Shown: positions 27,568 to 38,009 of the stretch, piece by piece
Layout: each line of letters begins with the position of its first letter
Numbering within the stretch: position 1 is the first letter of the stretch
IMG/VR virus record: IMGVR_UViG_3300029288_000086
Coordinates: 79,091-143,090 of that record
Length of the DNA: 64,000 nucleotides
Reading direction: 5' to 3' (one strand)
DNA from: a virus
Taxonomy: Duplodnaviria > Caudoviricetes
Made by a program: the position numbers and the translations under genes
The notes under the pieces: generated by a model
What the model was told of the DNA's origin: nothing
What the model saw: only the letters and a program-made list of their open reading frames with translations
The model's database searches: none

Positions 27568-30230
27568 AGGTCTATTTTTTCAATTGAATATTTAGAATTC
27601 ATATATTCTACATAATTATTATCAGAAACAGCAGGAACGAATATTTTATAGCCAAAATATTCTTTTAATACATTTATCAAATCTAATGGAAAAACATCAA
27701 GAAGAAAAGAAGATCCATATTCGCTACCCCAATAAACAATCTCATCGCTTGTGTCTATAATACCATCTGCTTGATTTCTAAGCCATGCCATCATATCTTT
27801 AAATCCAGAACTTGAATTATGATAATTTATATCTTTTTTATATTGTCTATATTTTAAATAAAGATTATCGATAACTCTCTTATTTTTTGCTTTAAAAGAA
27901 ATATTTTTATCTACTATTTTTTTAAAATCATATGTTTTAGCTTTATTGCTTATTTTAAGTTCTTTGATATTGTTTTCCATATAATGACAAATTTTATTCA
28001 TCACACAATCAGAGTCTAATAATTCTGTGAATCTCATAAATTTTCTAATTATTTTATCTTCTTTTTCACTCCTATCTTCTTTTAAAAATATTTCATTGAA
28101 AGTTTTATCAAACCATAGTTTACAGTATCTATTATATAATTCCATTCTTTTTTGGTATCTATTTTCATATTCAGGATATAAATATCTAAAGAAATATGGT
28201 CTCTTGTCGCATATTGTTTTGTGGTGCAATTCTTTCAAGCGTAATTCTTCTTGTGTTTCATTCCCCGTTATTTTCTCCCACTTAGTCCAATATCTAGGAA
28301 CATCCATAGTCTGTATTCCTTTAGCACGATCTATTTCCATGGATTGAAGGCAATTACATATTTTAAGACGATTGAGAACTTCATTATATTCTTCAGAATT
28401 TTTTTTGAATAATTCTAATAATGCAAAATCTTCTGTACCAAAATTAGTATACAATCCTATTCTAGAATTAAATGTTTTGATATCATAAGACCATAATTCA
28501 TCTTCCTCTACTCGTTTTTTTTCTGCGCTCTTTCTGTCGTAAGAAGGAGGAATAACATTGCCATAAGAGCATTTTACAAATTCATCTTGGTCTGTAGTCA
28601 TGCAAGCGTCGCCGTCGAGATCTGCGCCTGACATGCGCATTAGATCAGTTCCATATGCATTAAAAATAATTCCAGTATTTAGATATTTATACCAATAAGA
28701 CAATTCATCGTTGTTTTGCAAATGCAAAATATTATTTTCTGAAAAATAAGTCATTGGGGAGCGAATGGCAGATACAAGAGATTTTCCTTTTTCTTTCCAA
28801 TAAGCAGAATAATGTTGTCCGTCTTTAAGTAATCCAACAGGTTGTAAACCTAGCCCCCATTCTGCTTGCATAAATGGATCTGACAACATAAATTGGTAAT
28901 TGCCATTTAATAATAGAATACCTAAATAACTTTCTCTTATTTTTTTATTTATTAATCTTTGAATTTTTGCCTGTATTTGCTTATCATTAATTAGATTCGG
29001 GTCTAATAATAAGACTTGAAGTAGAGGATTATCAAGATGCTCGAACCATAAATCATTCATTCTGCTCTTATCAATATCGCCCATAAGAAAGAGGATAGTA
29101 TAAAGCCAGTTTTCTCCTGTGACATTTTTAAACCAATCCAAAGTTTTTTGGCATAAGTTTTCTATTTGTTTTTCTGAAGTTATATTTAAATTTTCGATAT
29201 ATTGATATGTTGAGAAACAATGGTTTTTATCTTGCTGAGGAGAAATTCTAGATATTCCCCATGAATAATTTCTTTCTTTACATTTTGCGTTATAATCTTC
29301 TGCACTTTCATATGCTTGCCATAATTTAAATTGTGAAGCAGATACAAGAACATCAACATCTTCTATCCAGTGTTCTTTTCCATATACATCTTTTATTTGA
29401 GTAATACCTCTTTGCTTTGCCAATTCATGGAAATCAAAAGTTGCTAAAAGCCCTTTAGAATAGGCAGAACGAAAAATAAATTCAGCAGGAGTATAATTAA
29501 CATTTAATTCATTCATCCAAATACGAGATTGTCTTGGGCTTATCAATCCTTGACCATCAAACAAATTAAAGGTTATTGATTTTTCTTCAGGATAAACTAC
29601 TGGATCTTTATTTTTATCATCTGATTCATGTAAAAAATCAACTTTTACTAATCTTTCAACTTCATAATCTGGAATTAAACAAAAATTTGGAGTTGAGACT
29701 TGCCATGTTGCTGTAGACGCTAAGGAATAATAAGCATTAAATTTACTAGGGGATATTTCATAAGAAATATTTCTACCACAATTTAAAAACCACTTTAAGT
29801 CTTCAATTATTTCTTCATTCGCAAAAATTACAGTACTCCTTCGCGCCATACCCGCTCCGCAAAGTAATCTTATATACTTCTTACCATTAATCCAAATTCC
29901 GCCCTTATTTATAATGGTTTTGTAATGCCTGCTATCGTCAAATTCAATAGAAATAATATCATTTATATATAAAAGTTTATCTAATTTTTCATTTATAAAG
30001 GAATTAGATTTTCTTTTTTTCTTTTTACGAATCAGGTCGTCTACTTCTGATTGATTATAGGCTATTCCCCTGATTCTTTGAATTGCGCGTATCAACTCGC
30101 TTGAACTCAACCTAACTACTTCCCCATTTTGTCTTGCTTGATCTAAAGTTAATTTTTCTATTTTGTAATTTGTATCACGTAATCTACTTGAATTAAATTT
30201 AAAAACAAAAAAACTCTGGATTTTTTTAAT
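27564..30230 (-). CDS. yonO: YonO-like single-subunit DNA-dependent RNA polymerase
   Basis: Catalytic SGADLDGD (DxDGD), FDGQGLI, IRSP and EIDRAKG motifs; frame open 40 codons upstream of the track's TTG to an ATT at 30230 preceded by GAGGTG. Confidence 0.88.
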   Translation of the reverse strand: MKKIQSFFVFKFNSSRLRDTNYKIEKLTLDQARQNGEVVRLSSSELIRAIQRIRGIAYNQSEVDDLIRKKKKRKSNSFINEKLDKLLYINDIISIEFDDSRHYKTIINKGGIWINGKKYIRLLCGAGMARRSTVIFANEEIIEDLKWFLNCGRNISYEISPSKFNAYYSLASTATWQVSTPNFCLIPDYEVERLVKVDFLHESDDKNKDPVVYPEEKSITFNLFDGQGLISPRQSRIWMNELNVNYTPAEFIFRSAYSKGLLATFDFHELAKQRGITQIKDVYGKEHWIEDVDVLVSASQFKLWQAYESAEDYNAKCKERNYSWGISRISPQQDKNHCFSTYQYIENLNITSEKQIENLCQKTLDWFKNVTGENWLYTILFLMGDIDKSRMNDLWFEHLDNPLLQVLLLDPNLINDKQIQAKIQRLINKKIRESYLGILLLNGNYQFMLSDPFMQAEWGLGLQPVGLLKDGQHYSAYWKEKGKSLVSAIRSPMTYFSENNILHLQNNDELSYWYKYLNTGIIFNAYGTDLMRMSGADLDGDACMTTDQDEFVKCSYGNVIPPSYDRKSAEKKRVEEDELWSYDIKTFNSRIGLYTNFGTEDFALLELFKKNSEEYNEVLNRLKICNCLQSMEIDRAKGIQTMDVPRYWTKWEKITGNETQEELRLKELHHKTICDKRPYFFRYLYPEYENRYQKRMELYNRYCKLWFDKTFNEIFLKEDRSEKEDKIIRKFMRFTELLDSDCVMNKICHYMENNIKELKISNKAKTYDFKKIVDKNISFKAKNKRVIDNLYLKYRQYKKDINYHNSSSGFKDMMAWLRNQADGIIDTSDEIVYWGSEYGSSFLLDVFPLDLINVLKEYFGYKIFVPAVSDNNYVEYMNSKYSIEKIDL

Positions 30231-30430
30231 AATTCACCTCTATGCGGTTGATTTATTTTTTTTATAATTCCGAATGCTTGAAACTTAGAGTATCTTCAAT
30301 ATAACGATAGTATGACATTTCCACCCAATATGTTTCTTTCATTATGCAATTATCAATATCGAAATCACATAACTCATAACATTCACACTCTTGACATTTA
30401 TTCACTTTTATGATATTGTTATTGTTATCA

Positions 30431-30712
30431 TTATCCATTCAATTCTTTTCTTGTCTCTTCATCAATAAGATTATAAAATTCTTCTAATGTTTCTGTTAAA
30501 TTCATATTTTTATAAAAACTACATAAATATTGGCAATAATTTAATTGGCTAATAACATACCCAGACCATTCCTTATCAGGATTGCTATTCCAGTTTTCTT
30601 CGAACATTAGAAAATATTTGCATCTCCAAGAAATTTGTCCTCCTTCCTCTAATATTTTTGATATATAATCTATGTTATCCATGCGATCCTTTCTTATTAT
30701 AAAATAGGGCAC
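30431..30712 (-). CDS. Hypothetical protein
   Basis: ORF below the promoter at 30795-30823; start uncertain. Confidence 0.45.
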   Translation of the reverse strand: MPYFIIRKDRMDNIDYISKILEEGGQISWRCKYFLMFEENWNSNPDKEWSGYVISQLNYCQYLCSFYKNMNLTETLEEFYNLIDEETRKELNG

Positions 30713-30794
30713 ATAAGAAAAATATATTATATATCATTATTAGTATTTACACATTATTCTTCTTATGTCTATAATATTACTAGAATATACCTAT

Positions 30795-30905
30795 AGTCTA
30801 CCACATAATCTCTATTTTGTCAAGGGTTAAATAGAACCAATTTTCTAAAATCTGAAAATTGTAAGGTCTGTAGGGGTTGACAAATATAGAAAAGTGTGTT
30901 ATAGT
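30795..30905. promoter_or_regulatory. Divergent sigmaA-type promoters (yonO operon and helicase)
   Basis: Minus: TTGACA(30823-30818)-17-TAGACT; plus: TTGACA(30877)-17-TATAGT(30900). Confidence 0.7.
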
Positions 30906-31012
30906 AAAGGAAGGGCTAGGGTACACCCGTACAGTCTACCGACGAAAAGCGCAACTTCCCTCGCTTTGCCCTAAATTTCAAGTATGGGATGTAAATTAAG
31001 AAAGGGTAACAT

Positions 31013-32476
31013 GTGGGAAGAATGCAAAAATATATATCGGAAATAGTAACTATAAAAGAAATAAAGAAATGGCAACCAGGGCAGCGAATTCTTATCTGTG
31101 CGCAAACAGGGCGAGGAAAGAGCCAGATGATCAAGGATAATTTATATATCTATGCAAAACAAAATAACAAAAAAATTCTATTAATGTCAAATCGCATTTT
31201 GCTAAAAAAACAAAATGAATACGAAATTCAAAATAAAAGAGATGTTATTGATTTACATAACTATCAGGAATTTGAATCTCGTATATTATCAGGTATTGAA
31301 GATATTTATTCACTGTTTGAACCATATGATTATATCGTTTATGATGAGGGACATTATGCCTTTGCTGACTCGGCCTTCAACACAAACACAGATTTACTTA
31401 TAGACCCTATAAAAAATACACCAAAAAATAAAATATTTTTATTCCTTACTGCAACTCCTGAAGCATTAACAGATTATCAGCCTGATTTTGATTACATCTA
31501 TGATTTGCCCAGAGATTATTCTTACATTAAAACTGTGTATTTTTATGATCGTAATGCTAAAATAGCAAACAATTCTATTGAAAGTATTATTAATAATATT
31601 CCGAAAGATGAAAAAATATTGTACTTCGGATCACGTGTAGAAGACATTTATAAATTATCTTTGAAATTTAAGGATTCGTCTTTTATTTGTTCCCCTAGCA
31701 ATAAACTAAAAAATAAATCTGATATATCAACATTCTTAGAAATAGAAGAACTAGAAAAATTTAATAAAAGAATATTATTTGCCACTAAGGTATTAGATAA
31801 CGGAGTAAACCTAAAAGATAAAACTTTAAAACACATTATTATTGATGTGCTAGATCCCATATCATTTTTACAAACGCTTGGAAGAAAAAGATCAATATCT
31901 CCAGACGATACAATTTGCCTATACGTGAGAAATTATCATAAAGGGCTGATGCATTATGTATTAGAAGGAATTGATAAGCAATTGCATGATATAGAAAAAG
32001 AAAATGAAATAGAAACAAAGATTCTTCAACAAAAATTTCCAGAATATAATTTTAACAAAACACAAGAAAAGAGAATTAAGGTTGCTAAATATCAACATTT
32101 GCTAACCCAGAAGAGATTGATACAAGAAATAAAAAGCAGTATTTCAGAAAGTGCTTATGCAGAATATATATGTAAAATTTTAGGAAAAAATATTGAAGAC
32201 ACAAAAGACGCATTTTTAGAATTTGAGAAAATTTCAATGGAAGAATTATTAAAACAGTATTTGTCTATTAAGATGTTTAAGGACAATCAAGAAATATTTA
32301 AGCATATGTTTTTCAATATGATATTCTCAACTAAAAAGACTGACTATTCTGCTAGAGGATTGATTGCTATGAATCGTATTATAGCAGAGGATGGGTTGCC
32401 TTATACTATATTTTCTAGGAGAGAAGATAAAGGGGCTAATAGAAAAAAATATTATTGGATTGTTGAGGAAAAATAA
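31013..32476 (+). CDS. Superfamily 2 (DExH) helicase-like protein, possible origin-binding protein
   Basis: AQTGRGKS, YDEGH, TAT, ATKVLDNGVN and QTLGRKR motifs. Confidence 0.85.
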   Translation: MGRMQKYISEIVTIKEIKKWQPGQRILICAQTGRGKSQMIKDNLYIYAKQNNKKILLMSNRILLKKQNEYEIQNKRDVIDLHNYQEFESRILSGIEDIYSLFEPYDYIVYDEGHYAFADSAFNTNTDLLIDPIKNTPKNKIFLFLTATPEALTDYQPDFDYIYDLPRDYSYIKTVYFYDRNAKIANNSIESIINNIPKDEKILYFGSRVEDIYKLSLKFKDSSFICSPSNKLKNKSDISTFLEIEELEKFNKRILFATKVLDNGVNLKDKTLKHIIIDVLDPISFLQTLGRKRSISPDDTICLYVRNYHKGLMHYVLEGIDKQLHDIEKENEIETKILQQKFPEYNFNKTQEKRIKVAKYQHLLTQKRLIQEIKSSISESAYAEYICKILGKNIEDTKDAFLEFEKISMEELLKQYLSIKMFKDNQEIFKHMFFNMIFSTKKTDYSARGLIAMNRIIAEDGLPYTIFSRREDKGANRKKYYWIVEEK

Positions 32477-32752
32477 ATGGATAATATAATAGCATTAACT
32501 AAAATATTGCAAAAATATTTGGGAATAAAAATGTATATTGAGCATCAAGAAGAATTTAAAGAAGAATTCTTTAGGGAATTATTTGATCCTCAAGGGTATG
32601 TTGATTATTCTCTGAGAAGTACCTTGTTTATAAACGCTGTGTTAGAAGAAGATAATTTACCATTTTATTTTAGAGTAAAAAAAGAAAACGGTGATGCAGA
32701 AAGGAAATATGAAACTTATTGGGAATTGGTAGATTTAAATAAAATAAAATGA
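32477..32752 (+). CDS. Stand-alone paralog of the helicase C-terminal domain
   Basis: Aligns by eye to the last ~80 aa of 31013..32476. Confidence 0.75.
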   Translation: MDNIIALTKILQKYLGIKMYIEHQEEFKEEFFRELFDPQGYVDYSLRSTLFINAVLEEDNLPFYFRVKKENGDAERKYETYWELVDLNKIK

Positions 32753-33700
32753 ATAAAAAAGTGCCCTGTGGAGTGGCATTAATCATTAATATGTTATGTG
32801 CCACTTGACGGGGCATAATTTTTCATTGATTATTTTTATTTTAACTCTAGTAATATATTAATAAAAAAAATTAAATATGTCTGATGTATAAAATAGGTTA
32901 TTGTATAATTGCAGTAACCTATTTTTATTTAATTTTTATTATTTTTGTCGAGAAATAGGAATAAGTGATTCGATAATAGCAGTTATCGTGTTGTTATTAT
33001 GTGTGATATATAAATGTAGGAATATGTGATTATATTTTTTTGATTATTCATATTTACAATATTAGTTATTATTATGTGTGATATATATATTCGATTATGA
33101 TTTCGATATTATTTTAGTATATTTTATTATTATTTTTATTTATTTTTTTAAAGTGTGTGAATAGATGTGCTACACCGACTTTTGATAGTATTTATGATGC
33201 TGAATTTGTAAAATAGGGGGTACTTATTATTATAATTGATATTGATTATTATTTATAATCACTATTGAATGCCTGGTAATGATGCTGATAGTGCATGAAA
33301 TGAAGATTTTATTAGGATATTTGTTCTATAATGAGTGTTTTAATAACTTTCGGGTAACATGCAATTTACGAGAGAAGTATTATATACCTTACACTATGAC
33401 TAACCCTATATACATATAGTATAATATACTTTACTTAATGTATAATAAACTTTACATAATAAGACTAACCCTATCATATTATCATACAATGATACAATAA
33501 CCTTAACCCTATAACCTTAATCCATCCATCCTACTACATACCCTATTTATACTACTTCATAGCCATTTTAATCACTCTCATATACTATTATATATAAAGT
33601 ATCATATTATCAATACAAATTGAAATTCTATCATAAATAATCAATCGTTTAATAAGCAAGTAAGTAAACTTAAAACAAAAAAGAGTAGGAACCAACCTAC
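32753..33700. other. AT-rich non-coding region (candidate origin or genome end)
   Basis: No ORFs; inverted repeat at 32761-32816; short direct repeats; G-rich to C-rich switch near 33.37 kb. Confidence 0.45.
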
Positions 33701-33707
33701 TCTTTTT
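33679..33707. terminator. Bidirectional terminator
   Basis: AAAAGAGTAGG-aaccaa-CCTACTCTTTT. Confidence 0.7.
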
Positions 33708-33874
33708 ATTTCACCAATTACACTTATCTATTCAATAGATAGAATATTATAAAAATTGATTACCTGATTCAAAGCCAGATTATAATACCTGTATAAAATA
33801 ATGCCACAAGTATAATAATTATTACTCTTAATACTATTTGGCCAACCGTGGGTTTATTCATTTTTTTAATTCCT

Positions 33875-34084
33875 TTATCCGGCTTCTTGATTAATCAATC
33901 TCTCGTAATAATCAACAGGAAAGTTAATAATGAATTGAGATATTCGAGACTCACGATTAAGTGCGCATAATTGATAATTATTAAAATTGTTAATTCGACG
34001 TTCTCTATTTTGTTTTTCTTGCTCTAGTTGTTTTTCGATCTTATCCATGTATTCCGTCATTTTATTCATTTTATTTGCTCCCAT
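33875..34084 (-). CDS. Hypothetical protein
   Basis: Small ORF in the leftward early cluster. Confidence 0.5.
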   Translation of the reverse strand: MGANKMNKMTEYMDKIEKQLEQEKQNRERRINNFNNYQLCALNRESRISQFIINFPVDYYERLINQEAG

Positions 34085-34101
34085 TTATTAGATTAAATTA
34101 A

Positions 34102-34281
34102 CTAGATATTTTGTTCATAATATTCAGAAAACAATTGTTGCCATTGTGCAAGTGTTAAATTACTTGCAATTACTTTGCCGTTTTGAATTACTTCACCGTT
34201 TACGATTCCGACACATCCCGAAAATTCTATTGATAAAATCTCACATGCGTTTAATTCCTTTGCATATTCATTTTTTGTCAT
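34102..34281 (-). CDS. Hypothetical protein (59 aa, MTKNEYAKELNACEIL...)
   Basis: Own translation; AAGGA RBS; promoter TTGACT-17-TATAAT at 34336-34308. Confidence 0.55.
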   Translation of the reverse strand: MTKNEYAKELNACEILSIEFSGCVGIVNGEVIQNGKVIASNLTLAQWQQLFSEYYEQNI

Positions 34282-34456
34282 ATTATCCGTCCTTTGTTTT
34301 TTCTTTTATTATAATAATTAAACAATAAAAAGTCAAATTAAAGAGTATAAAGTAATGCAAAATTTTGTATAAAATTCTCAAAATTGAATATAAAAAATCC
34401 TATTCTTAAGAAAATAGAAATTTTAAGAATAGGATGATTTTTATAATCTTGAAATA

Positions 34457-34753
34457 TTACTTTTTGGGTTCCAATTTTACCACCTGATGACGGCAAAATA
34501 CTGCACTAGTGGTTGTATATTTTCTGATGATCACTTCGCCGTTTTCGTTTTCTTTTTGAGTCGATCCGATTACAGGAATCTTTATACCATGTTGGCCTTT
34601 TTTAACACAATAACCTTGAACAAGCCATCTTTTATATGTAAAAACATCTTGGTATGGGATACAACCGCACGGTAAAGCATTAGCCACTGTTAAGGCGTTC
34701 GTGATGGAGAAGCGGTTAAATTGTGTAGCTTGTTCTTTGGTCATAGTAACCAT
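34457..34753 (-). CDS. ArdC-like N-terminal ssDNA-binding domain protein (anti-restriction-associated)
   Basis: FSITNAL...FTYKRW...GYCVKKGQHGIKI...VF..HQV matches the ArdC/DUF1738 pattern. Confidence 0.65.
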   Translation of the reverse strand: MVTMTKEQATQFNRFSITNALTVANALPCGCIPYQDVFTYKRWLVQGYCVKKGQHGIKIPVIGSTQKENENGEVIIRKYTTTSAVFCRHQVVKLEPKK

Positions 34754-34760
34754 GATTTTT

Positions 34761-34955
34761 TTATCCTCTTAAATTTTCAATATAACTTTTAGCTAAACTT
34801 TCCGCTATTGTATAGGATGGCAAGCCATCAGTTACATGAGTTAAAACAGTTTCACCAGTGGAAAGTTTACCAAATATTTTGAATCCCCAAATTGATCTCC
34901 CGTTAACTTTCTGGTATGTAATCTCAATGTTATGTCCCATTTTTTTATCCTCCAA
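34761..34955 (-). CDS. Hypothetical protein
   Basis: GGAGG RBS; promoter TTGACA-16-TATAAT at 35006-34979. Confidence 0.55.
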   Translation of the reverse strand: MEDKKMGHNIEITYQKVNGRSIWGFKIFGKLSTGETVLTHVTDGLPSYTIAESLAKSYIENLRG

Positions 34956-35444
34956 AAATTAGTTAATCAGATAATCTCATTATAACCATTATATTTAAAT
35001 TGTCAAGGGTTTTTAAATATTCGCTTTAAATTGGTATTTATACTCATTTTACCCTGTTTTTATCGCTTCTACATTATATGCAAAATTCTCACTATAAAAA
35101 TAATCTTTTTAACCTAAAATATGCCATTTTTAGCAATTTTAAGCATTATAGATATAAAGTATCATAATCATTGTACAAAACGATTACAGCGATTCCCACG
35201 AACCGATTTAAGATTGTTCTAATTTTCGTTAAGGTAATGTTCTATTTTTTGAATATAAAAATGGTTATTTTAGAAAATAATCTTAATAAAAGTTAAATAT
35301 AATTTTGGTATTAATAAGATTGAATTTTTAGTAAAATTTTAAGGTTGTTCTATAACATTTTTTAAGGTAAAATTCTACTATGTTCTATAATTTTGTGATA
35401 TAATGATTTATAAGTTAAATTCTATTTAAAAAAGGATAAAGAGG

Positions 35445-35765
35445 ATGACCGACCAAATAAAAAAACATACATTGTACCTTGGTTTGAATGATAAGGATAC
35501 AGGAACTCAAAAAATCGGAACTATTGAAAGTTACAAAATTACTCAGAATATTTTAACAGAATTTTGTGATGGTGGTACAATATTTGAAGCACAAGGTTTT
35601 TATAAACACCAGAACGGAACTATAACACTAGAAAAAACCTTGAGAATTGAATTACTATTCATTGATGATCAAACCGTTAAAAAAATATGCGATATGCTGA
35701 AAACAGTTTTTAATCAGGAATCCATCGCTATACAGTCAGAGGTAATCAATTCGGAACTTTACTAA
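35445..35765 (+). CDS. Putative SAM lyase / DUF3574-like PII-fold protein
   Basis: GGTIFEAQGFY...LEKTLRIE...LKTVFNQESI pattern; first gene of the rightward early region. Confidence 0.5.
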   Translation: MTDQIKKHTLYLGLNDKDTGTQKIGTIESYKITQNILTEFCDGGTIFEAQGFYKHQNGTITLEKTLRIELLFIDDQTVKKICDMLKTVFNQESIAIQSEVINSELY

Positions 35766-35864
35766 AAGATTGTAGAATTATCAGATTATGTTATATTTTA
35801 ATAACAGTATAGCATAATCAAATAAGATTACAATTCGGTAATCTGTTAGAACAGTGAGGTTAAA

Positions 35865-36059
35865 ATGTGTACACTTAAACAAGCTAAAGAATTGTCAAAA
35901 AGTTTTGGTAACAGAACAAAATATCCGACTCCTGGTCATGAACGGCTTGTCAAAGTAGAACCGGACGGATCGCGGGTATGGTTGCAAAATCATGCCGGTA
36001 AACTTCGATTAAACATTCAACAACTGGCAGGAGTATTTACATCATTTTATCATGCTTAA
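35865..36059 (+). CDS. Hypothetical protein
   Basis: GAGGT RBS. Confidence 0.55.
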   Translation: MCTLKQAKELSKSFGNRTKYPTPGHERLVKVEPDGSRVWLQNHAGKLRLNIQQLAGVFTSFYHA

Positions 36060-36875
36060 CAGATTGTAATTTTATCACGCTAGACAATTTTAACAGAATT
36101 GTCTAGCCACATAAGGTTATAATCCTGTAACCGGTATAACAGTGAGGTTAAAAATGACAGATCAAGAGTATTTAGAACAACAGTGCAATAATGTAATGGT
36201 GGATCGACCAGAAAACATTAAAATGAAATTAATCTCCGAAACTGGCGAAACAAAATGGATTGACATAACAAGAAAACAAGTTAACGCTATGTTGGATGCA
36301 TTAATCGAAACTCTATAAAAAAGGATAAAACAAAATGCGTAAAATCATTAACAAAAAATGGATGATGGAGACCAGACAAGTTAAAAAATTCAATTTAAAA
36401 GTAGCACGAAAAAATAAAGAAAAAAGGATCGAATTTTTGACTAAAATTGAACTAAACTAATTTTATTTTGCCTCTTGTAATCTTGTTAACAGATGGTACA
36501 ATAAGATTACAAGCGCGGAAGTAAAATTAAAAAACTATATTCAAAAAGAATGGAGTAAAAAAATGTATACAGTAATTGCAGAAAAAAAGAACATTAAATA
36601 CAAAAAATTTTTTTTATTCAGAAAAAACGCAGAAAAAACATTCCGATTTTTTTACGATGATACAAGCATGAATGTAACCCTATATCATTGGTTTAAAATT
36701 GAATTACAATCAATTATTTGTTAATTCCAGCTCAAACCGTGCTATACTTGACATATAACACGGCCACAAGTGCAATTAACAAAAATAGAACACGCATTCT
36801 AATAAAACTCTTATTTCATGGGAATTAGAACAAAATACCTATGACATTTGACTTAAAAACTTATTACATTAACGC

Positions 36876-36904
36876 TTGACTCTCAACTTTAAAAATGATA
36901 TAAT
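36876..36904 (+). promoter_or_regulatory. Early sigmaA-type promoter
   Basis: TTGACT-17-TATAAT with TG; similar promoters at 37617, 41914, 43448, 45593, 49854, 51077, 57169 and 58952. Confidence 0.7.
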
Positions 36905-36932
36905 TATTTAACAATAAAAAAGAGGTCAAAAC

Positions 36933-37169
36933 ATGAACGCAAAATTTAACCAAGGTCAAAAAGTTTGTGACATAACCGGCAAAAGTTACACCATTAAAGA
37001 AGTTAGAACCGACCCGAACCCTGGCGGAACATTCTATTATATGTTTGTCAAGTTTGGCGCGTTCCCACTGGCAGAACGTCATTTATGGCCGTTATCAGAA
37101 CAAAAAAGACTTATTGCAGAACAAAAAGAACGTAGTAAAAACACTCCCAAGGTCAAATTATATCTATAA
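36933..37169 (+). CDS. Hypothetical protein (SH3-like?)
   Basis: GAGGT RBS; KFNQGQKV start. Confidence 0.6.
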   Translation: MNAKFNQGQKVCDITGKSYTIKEVRTDPNPGGTFYYMFVKFGAFPLAERHLWPLSEQKRLIAEQKERSKNTPKVKLYL

Positions 37170-37344
37170 TGGATAATATCATGAATAACAAACCTATAAC
37201 AGACAAAATAATTCAGTTGTGGCTTAACGGTTGCAAAATTGACCGGATCGCTGAACTGTTAGATTGTACAATAGAATTAGTTAATCAAACCGTTGAACGT
37301 GAGATATATCATAACAACAACGACAAAAAGAATGAGGTTAAAAA

Positions 37345-37602
37345 ATGAAATTATTATACTGCCCGAATTGTGCCGATGTTTTCAATCTTAATTTTAAAGA
37401 CAAAAAATGTTCTTGTGGTCAAACAAGTGGACATTATTTATCTGATGGATTGCACGCCGTTTATGTTGGTGGTATTCCTCTTGGATTTAACAATCGTGTT
37501 TTTATGGATGCACTATCAACACAACCAATTAACGGCGCTGGGATGGACTTTCCGGCCTTTGTTATTTCTAAAACATGCGAAACATTCAAAAGATTAATAT
37601 AA
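37345..37602 (+). CDS. Cys-rich hypothetical protein
   Basis: CPNC...CSCG; RBS. Confidence 0.6.
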   Translation: MKLLYCPNCADVFNLNFKDKKCSCGQTSGHYLSDGLHAVYVGGIPLGFNNRVFMDALSTQPINGAGMDFPAFVISKTCETFKRLI

Positions 37603-37686
37603 CAGAAAATTAGTACTTGACAAGTCTTAACAAAACGGTTACAATGCTTAACAGATAACACAATATAGATAACTGGAGGCTACAAA

Positions 37687-37884
37687 ATGGATAAAAGAGA
37701 ATTAATTCATTGTGCTTTACAATATTTATGTAATTTAAAATCATCCAAAATCAAATACACATTAACTAATAATTATGATAATGTTATTGTCACAATAAAT
37801 CCCAACAATATTTTATATTATGTTTATTTTTTTGATACCGGAATTGTAAGAGTATTTAACAAAACTACCGAAGAAGAATTATAG
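37687..37884 (+). CDS. Hypothetical protein
   Basis: GGAGG RBS; upstream promoter. Confidence 0.55.
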   Translation: MDKRELIHCALQYLCNLKSSKIKYTLTNNYDNVIVTINPNNILYYVYFFDTGIVRVFNKTTEEEL

Positions 37885-38009
37885 AACATATATCCCAATA
37901 AAATACTCATTTCATTTAAACTTAATTTAAGGTTTTGTTCTATGTTTGTTCTATTGTAATTATGCTATAAAGTAGTATAATTATTATAGATTAACAAATG
38001 GAGATAAAA

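Noticed and set aside
313-28347. Many short plus-strand ORFs in the late region, and minus-strand ORFs beyond 36 kb
   Set aside because: Antisense shadows of well-supported genes, lacking RBSs and with F/L/S/I-rich composition.
18221-30230. Introns or inteins in terL, portal or yonO
   Set aside because: ORFs are continuous and of expected size, with no intein terminal motifs noticed; the nucleases are free-standing.
33401-33511. TAACCCTA as eukaryotic telomere repeats
   Set aside because: Only three non-tandem copies in a clearly phage context; treated as possible iterons.
33561-35170. Imperfect direct repeat GCCATTTT..ATATAAAGTATCATA at about 33562 and 35124 as att or terminal repeats
   Set aside because: The exact core is only about 15 bp of AT-rich sequence, too weak to assign without comparative data.
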